Below the pieces are notes generated by a model. It ran no database searches. It was not told the origin of the DNA and saw only the letters and a program-made list of their open reading frames with translations. From IMG/VR virus record IMGVR_UViG_3300013121_000047, positions 121,442 through 185,441 of that record: a stretch of 64,000 nt of DNA. The stretch is one strand, 5' to 3'. A program made the position numbers and the translations under genes. Positions 58,581 to 64,000 of this stretch are shown here, in pieces. Position 1 is the first letter of the stretch; each line of letters starts with the position of its first letter. The DNA is from a virus. Taxonomy: Duplodnaviria > Caudoviricetes.

Positions 58581-59507
58581 TCAACTTATATTTGACCAAA
58601 AAAAGTCAACTCTATTATTAAGATAACTCAACATTTCTTCTCTGTTGCCAATAAACCAAGCTTCATCCTTGTGTTGAACATTTCTATTCATAAGTAAATT
58701 CAGACCTAAAAGTTTTGCTTCGATTACAATTCGAGGACAAGTGTCTTTATCGGATGGTCTAAAACAAAATGTTTCATATTTTGAAAGCTCTTTCAAAAAC
58801 TGATTATATGGTAATTTTGGTAAATGAATATATTCTTTACCTTCAACATTCAAATAAGCAATTGTACTTTCAATACCTTTTATCCAAGTACTTCCTTCTT
58901 TCGAAAGAATTGCTACCTTTTTTACCTTTTCCTTGTCTTTAGTTTCTATAAATAATTTGTTAATAAACTGCAATGTTTCTTTATCAAATACTGACGACAA
59001 TATCTCAGAACTCAGATCCTGCAATTCTGGGATTCTATTTAAGTAATGTTTTCTCTGAGCTTCACTCATCCAAAATACTTTTTGTGCATTTTTAAAAAAT
59101 GGAACAATAATATCTTTTATTGCTTTGTTGGCAGCACAGTCACAGGGTTTTTTTGCTTGCATCAAATGCAAGCCTTCTGATCTAAATTTACAGTATTTAT
59201 AGTCATATTCTATAATATAATATTTAACACCACTTTCAATAAGTTCAGAAAGTGCCTCTGTTGTGGCTGTTACAAAATTTGTAATAACAAATAACTTATC
59301 TTTATTATCTTTTATTAGCTTAGGCGTTAAAGAGTTCGCGTGAAGTTTAAATATTTTTTTTGAAGATGGAGCCTCTTTTATTAGAGCTTCTGTTGTTAAC
59401 TCTGCGCCACCTTGAATGTCGTCAATAAAAAAGTCGGCAACAAAAACTGTGTTATACAGTTTTGGGATATGAAATTCCATTGGAAGATTTGAAAAAGCAT
59501 TTTTCAT
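58581..59507 (-). CDS. Glycosyltransferase (GT-B fold)
   Basis: GGAELT, EYDYKYC, WIKG, DTCPRIVIEAKLLG. Confidence 0.7.
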   Translation of the reverse strand: MKNAFSNLPMEFHIPKLYNTVFVADFFIDDIQGGAELTTEALIKEAPSSKKIFKLHANSLTPKLIKDNKDKLFVITNFVTATTEALSELIESGVKYYIIEYDYKYCKFRSEGLHLMQAKKPCDCAANKAIKDIIVPFFKNAQKVFWMSEAQRKHYLNRIPELQDLSSEILSSVFDKETLQFINKLFIETKDKEKVKKVAILSKEGSTWIKGIESTIAYLNVEGKEYIHLPKLPYNQFLKELSKYETFCFRPSDKDTCPRIVIEAKLLGLNLLMNRNVQHKDEAWFIGNREEMLSYLNNRVDFFWSNIS

Positions 59508-61525
59508 TTTGTGATTTCCTTTTTTTCTGTTTCGTTATCTTGATCATTTTGGTTATCATAGATTTCATATGTTACATACTTTTCATTTTCATTATCGGAA
59601 AATATTGTACCGTCACGATATAAAACCTCCAAATGTTCAAGATCAAAATTTTTATTTATTAAACTAAGCGGAATATCTATTGGACTAGAAATTTCTAGAG
59701 GTTCACAATCTTTTAAGATAAAAGATTTAAAACATCTAACTTTTTGAGACTCTTTATCATAAGAATCATAAACATATACATTTATACCAATCCCAAGAAC
59801 ATCACCTTTTTTCCAAGAAGAAATTATTTCTTCCATTTTTTCTTTATCTCTCAGTAAGCCGTTTGGATCTGACGAAATATCAAATACATATTCCATATCA
59901 TTTTGGGTATAAAAAATATTTCCCATTGAATTATATTTTGACAAATGTTTTTTGTTAATTTTGTTTTTAACTTTAATTTGTTTAACAAGAGTTTCTTTTG
60001 TTTTACTTGGAGTTTCTGATTTTTCCGTTTCCATTTTGGGTCTCCGCAACATATACACGCGGATTTGCGGTGTCAAACTCATTTTCTTAAAAATTTCAAT
60101 TGCATTGTTTACTCTTAATAAATTTTGTCTAGAATTAAATGAAAAAAAAGTTAAAATTTTCTCGTCTGTTTCTTTATGAATTTTTTTCACAATATTTTTT
60201 CTATTAAGAGTTTTGTTTAAAAACTTAAATAAAAATCGTCCAAATTTTAAACAGAGCAAATTAACGACTTCTTTTTTGGGAAGAAAATCTATTCCAAACC
60301 CAACTTTCTCTTGCTTTGAATTACCTTTTCCAAAATATTTACAACCGCGATATTTTTTCTTATCGAAATTTAAATTATTGAATACTGACGCCCAATTTTG
60401 ATATTGAATATTCACATAGTTCCACAATGGAACCTCAAAAAAAAGTTCTTCCATTACAGAATTTCTGTAGTCGATAAATTCAGAAACTGATTTTCCTGTA
60501 TAAGTTTCTGTCAATTCTTTTTTAACAATTCCATGTTTTAGTATGAAATTTTCTAAATTATTAAAAAACTTTATATGTTTTAAGAACTCATCTTGAGAAT
60601 TTTCTATAAAACCTAAATTTGTAAGCTTTCTTGTCCACAGTTCAGAAGCTTTCTCCAAAGAAAACGTTTTACCAACTAAAATATTATTTGTTTTTTTATA
60701 TCCAAAAACCGAACTGACAACTTTTTCAAGTTCTATATTTGAAAAAGAAGTTTTATCTTCCATGTTTTCTCTAATTTGAAGAGCTTGATTTTTTATTTCA
60801 GAATAACCTACAAATTTATTATTTTTTACATAAGACAAAAGAGAAGAAAATAAAATTGAATTGCGTTTTCCTTTTGGAATAAAAGAAAAAGTTTTAACTT
60901 TTGAAATTTGAGGAACGTTTTGCTGAGTTGTTTTTAGTAACTTTTCAGTTTCCACATCCAAAGATACCAAGTAAGAATAAAGCCACTTAGGCATCTCTTT
61001 TACTTCTTTTTCATTCCATTGATAAAAACCACCTGATTTATGCACAGAACCAGCAGAAACAGCGTATCTACCATCTGACAAAATATCGAAACCACGAGAC
61101 TGAGGTTTTATTTTTGCTTTCAATTCCATTTCAGGCGGAAGATAAAAATAAAAATGGATTCCTTTTCCTGTTTCAATTTCACAAGAATTTTCTTTTTTTA
61201 ATTTAGTTATAAATTTTTCTTCTGTTTTAATTTCATCAAAATCTAAAATAATAAGTCTTTTGGTTCCAGTTCTATTTAATCCAGTTTTAATTCCAAGGTT
61301 TAAAAATCTGTCGTTTAGTAACTTAAGATAAAAATCTAAATTAGATTCTGAAACGCTTAAATCTTTTATAAAATCTTTATTTTTCCATTTTCCTTTTGGG
61401 TGTTTCCCTTTACTTTCGCATATATTAGATCCACAAGTACATAAACCTTGTGCAGTTATCGAATTCAGTAAAACTAAGACAAATTCATCTTTAAAAGCTA
61501 ATCTCGAATAAAACGGGTGAACCAT
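59504..61525 (-). CDS. Bifunctional DNA primase/polymerase domain protein with PriCT-like region
   Basis: CTCG...KGKHP, NLGIKTG, ILDFD, TGKGIHFYF, YAVSAGSVH.SG..Y.W, IPKGKRNSILF. Confidence 0.8.
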   Translation of the reverse strand: MVHPFYSRLAFKDEFVLVLLNSITAQGLCTCGSNICESKGKHPKGKWKNKDFIKDLSVSESNLDFYLKLLNDRFLNLGIKTGLNRTGTKRLIILDFDEIKTEEKFITKLKKENSCEIETGKGIHFYFYLPPEMELKAKIKPQSRGFDILSDGRYAVSAGSVHKSGGFYQWNEKEVKEMPKWLYSYLVSLDVETEKLLKTTQQNVPQISKVKTFSFIPKGKRNSILFSSLLSYVKNNKFVGYSEIKNQALQIRENMEDKTSFSNIELEKVVSSVFGYKKTNNILVGKTFSLEKASELWTRKLTNLGFIENSQDEFLKHIKFFNNLENFILKHGIVKKELTETYTGKSVSEFIDYRNSVMEELFFEVPLWNYVNIQYQNWASVFNNLNFDKKKYRGCKYFGKGNSKQEKVGFGIDFLPKKEVVNLLCLKFGRFLFKFLNKTLNRKNIVKKIHKETDEKILTFFSFNSRQNLLRVNNAIEIFKKMSLTPQIRVYMLRRPKMETEKSETPSKTKETLVKQIKVKNKINKKHLSKYNSMGNIFYTQNDMEYVFDISSDPNGLLRDKEKMEEIISSWKKGDVLGIGINVYVYDSYDKESQKVRCFKSFILKDCEPLEISSPIDIPLSLINKNFDLEHLEVLYRDGTIFSDNENEKYVTYEIYDNQNDQDNETEKKEITK

Positions 61526-61645
61526 ACCAAGTATCTAAGTCTTTTTTTCTTCCTAGCAACTCTAGAAACTAACCCGTCTCTCCCAAACCCTCTTAGTGTA
61601 GTGACCACAAAACAGAGATTAACTCTCTACCTATTTAAAAAAGTA

Positions 61646-62353
61646 ATGTCAAGTTATTTAAATAAAAGTAGAATAAAAAAGGTTTATGGTTATGAACGTT
61701 ATCAGCCACAATATGTTCAAGTTGCAATAAACGAACTTGGAACAACTGAAATAATTGAAATTTCAAGACGAAAAATCGATAGACAATTTTATTTTCTTCC
61801 TGGAAAAAAAGAATATTCAACAATAAACACTGCTTCATATTACACTGGAGAATATGAAGAAAATATTTCTTTAGTTTCTTTGAATGTTACTCAATCTACA
61901 GTTACTTTCGCTACACCATTTTCATTTAAACCTGTTGTAACAATAGAAATTTTAACAAGTTCAAATGATTTGTATAATGTTAATAACTTCATTAAAAATA
62001 TTACTATAAATGGATTTGACATTAATTTCTCTTCACAGTTTTCTGGATCTTTTAAATATCGCGCTATTTACGCCGCAAATTATCCAATCATAGCAGAAAG
62101 ATTACCTCTTTTACCAAGCAGTTATTATACCGCTTCTGCTGGATCTACTTCTTTAAATAATTCTTCCACAGCAACGATAACTTATAGTAATTTATATGAA
62201 ACCCCTACTGAACTATTCTTAGGTGTTGAGGATAGTGGAAATAATATGGGTCAAGTATTTCCGCAACTATCTAGTTCATTAACTTTGACTTCTACAGTAG
62301 TAGATATTTCATCTCAAACAGATTCTATATTAAATTTTATAGTTGTTAAATAA
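61646..62353 (+). CDS. Putative virion/tail protein (probable start 61646)
   Basis: Ser/Thr-rich beta-type sequence with VTFATPF..KPVV; TATTTA at 61632. Confidence 0.6.
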   Translation: MSSYLNKSRIKKVYGYERYQPQYVQVAINELGTTEIIEISRRKIDRQFYFLPGKKEYSTINTASYYTGEYEENISLVSLNVTQSTVTFATPFSFKPVVTIEILTSSNDLYNVNNFIKNITINGFDINFSSQFSGSFKYRAIYAANYPIIAERLPLLPSSYYTASAGSTSLNNSSTATITYSNLYETPTELFLGVEDSGNNMGQVFPQLSSSLTLTSTVVDISSQTDSILNFIVVK

Positions 62354-62381
62354 CGATTGCCTCTTAATTATTTAAGAGAAA

Positions 62382-64000
62382 ATGGCAATAGATTTTAGGG
62401 CAAACCAAATTAGGGTTGAAAAAATTATCTCTTCGGGATCTTCAATTATCATATATCCCTCTGGAGCTGCGGAAAACTTAATTGGGACAATCAACACAGC
62501 AGTATTTCCTCAAACTGGATTTGGCTCCGATGTTTTCCTTTTTGTTTCTGGTGGTGTTACCCGCGGTGGGTCATCAAGAAATGTAAGTTTATTTGGAGGA
62601 ATTCTAGTTTCTTCTGGAGCTGTTTATGGTTTGGCGGGGTTTAGTGGTTCATTAACCAAACTTACAGACGGAACATCTTATTTGGTTGCTTCAAGTGGTA
62701 TATCTATCGTTACTAACTCAAATGGTAGTATTACAATATCTACATCTGGATCATTAGGAAATAGTTTTTCTTTCAATTCTGCTTCAGTTGCTTTCTCTGG
62801 TTCATCTGGACTTTCTGGTTCTACAGCTTTAGTATTTGATAATAATTTGAATGCATTGAAACTTTTTGAAGTTGAAGAAGGAGTTGAAGTAACCAAAAAT
62901 AAAATAAAATTTATTGACCCAACATCAGAAACAGGATATCGATCACTGAAAATTGAAAGTGCCAATGCTATTGTATCTGGTGCAGGCGGACATATTGAAT
63001 TAATAGCAGGAAATTCAGGATTTTTAGATGGAATTCCTTCTAGTGGTGGTAGCATTTCCATAACCGCTGGTTCTGGTTCTGCTGTTGATACGACTTTTAT
63101 TCAAATTGGCGGAACTGGTGGAAGTCTAACTTTAACCCCTGGTGCTGGTGGTTCTTCTATTGGAACAGCTAGAGGAGGACAAGGTGGTTCATTACTATTA
63201 AACGGAGGAACTGGAGGAAATAGTATTTCTGGAATCGGGGGTAACGGAAGTAATATTTATATAACCGCAGGAACTGCTGGGTCAGGTTCTACAAGTTCTG
63301 GTTTGGGCGGCAATGTCGAAATTACAGCAGGACAACCTTATTTTGGATTTGCAAGTGCTGATTCTGGTTATGTTAAAATTAACGTTAGTTCTTATACTTT
63401 GTCGAGAGCTTTAAGCAGTGCATCCATCAGAATTGATTCTGATGGATTTGCTAGAAATATAATTTTTGGATTCGACCATGTTTCGGTAGGTGGAATAACT
63501 GATTCATATTTTATTGTTTCTGGAAGCCCTTCAAGAAATGCTCTTTTTATTAGCGATGTTGTTTCTTCTGGTTCTATTAAAGCAATAGCAGGATTTAGTG
63601 GTTCTTTAACAAATCTAACTGACGGCTCATCATATTTAATAGCTACTGGTGGAATCTCAATAGCAACACAATCAAATGGATCTGTTGTTATTTCTTCCAG
63701 TATCGGTGGAAGTAGCTTACCCGCAGGAACAAATGGTGGCGTTTTAGCTTATTCTGGAAGTAACTGGGTTTCTACCAATTCTGGATCAATTTATACTCCG
63801 CTTGTTGCTTCTGGCTCTGGTCTTCCATTTTATTCGAATAGGGTTGTTCCTCTGCAAATTGGAACGGATACTGCGCTAGATGCCGATATGGGGCTCGGTT
63901 TTTCTGCCACGTATAGATCTATTGCTGTGAGAGATGGCGGTGGGGCAAGTTGGTTAGATATATGGAGATATGATGGATCAAACTATTGGGCTTATGGTAC
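62382..64000 (+). CDS. Gly/Ser-rich tail-fibre-like structural protein (runs off right edge)
   Basis: Manual translation MAIDFRANQIRVEKIISSGS...; Gly-rich repeats and a duplicated GFSGSLTxLTDGxSYL block in the same frame. Not in the ORF track. Confidence 0.7.
   Translation, partial: MAIDFRANQIRVEKIISSGSSIIIYPSGAAENLIGTINTAVFPQTGFGSDVFLFVSGGVTRGGSSRNVSLFGGILVSSGAVYGLAGFSGSLTKLTDGTSYLVASSGISIVTNSNGSITISTSGSLGNSFSFNSASVAFSGSSGLSGSTALVFDNNLNALKLFEVEEGVEVTKNKIKFIDPTSETGYRSLKIESANAIVSGAGGHIELIAGNSGFLDGIPSSGGSISITAGSGSAVDTTFIQIGGTGGSLTLTPGAGGSSIGTARGGQGGSLLLNGGTGGNSISGIGGNGSNIYITAGTAGSGSTSSGLGGNVEITAGQPYFGFASADSGYVKINVSSYTLSRALSSASIRIDSDGFARNIIFGFDHVSVGGITDSYFIVSGSPSRNALFISDVVSSGSIKAIAGFSGSLTNLTDGSSYLIATGGISIATQSNGSVVISSSIGGSSLPAGTNGGVLAYSGSNWVSTNSGSIYTPLVASGSGLPFYSNRVVPLQIGTDTALDADMGLGFSATYRSIAVRDGGGASWLDIWRYDGSNYWAYG

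Noticed and set aside
1-64000. Cellular (small-genome bacterium) or eukaryotic giant-virus origin; tRNA or rRNA genes
   Set aside because: The gp32/gp41/UvsX-like replication set, many short orphans, bacterial promoters and a tail-fibre-like gene favour a huge phage. No ribosomal protein genes or tRNA cloverleafs were recognised by eye; tRNAscan was not run.

Overview
An AT-rich, gene-dense segment, mostly on the minus strand, most consistent with a huge (jumbo) dsDNA bacteriophage. From left to right it carries: (i) a nucleotide-sugar, methylation and glycosylation cluster (gmd, fcl, intein-containing ugd, FkbM-type methyltransferases, glycosyltransferases); (ii) accessory and translation genes (a C-terminally shortened IleRS, a SOD-like protein, Pth2); (iii) a replication and nucleotide-metabolism region (DnaE, ThyA, DHFR, class II RNR, DnaB-like helicase, 5'-3' exonuclease, dUTPase, RecA, gp32-like SSB, a minimal PolA domain, GuaC/IMPDH, primase-polymerase); and (iv) the start of a plus-strand structural module. 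The main finding is a DNA polymerase III alpha gene broken into four ORFs spread over about 21 kb. It can be reconstituted on paper (about 1298 aa) through three different split inteins and one cis mini-intein, with the PDID catalytic motif on a 6-residue extein. RecA is also fractured, by an atypically split intein with a 15-aa N-fragment and a free-standing Vsr-like endonuclease between the halves. Other observations are a TnpB-only IS200/605 element whose empty site can be rebuilt in frame, two unrecognised paralog families (one with a poly-A frameshift), and a GNAT / Lys-rich KTSC / HDAC trio. No tRNA, rRNA or CRISPR array was recognised. All calls come from motif reading only; no database search was run.
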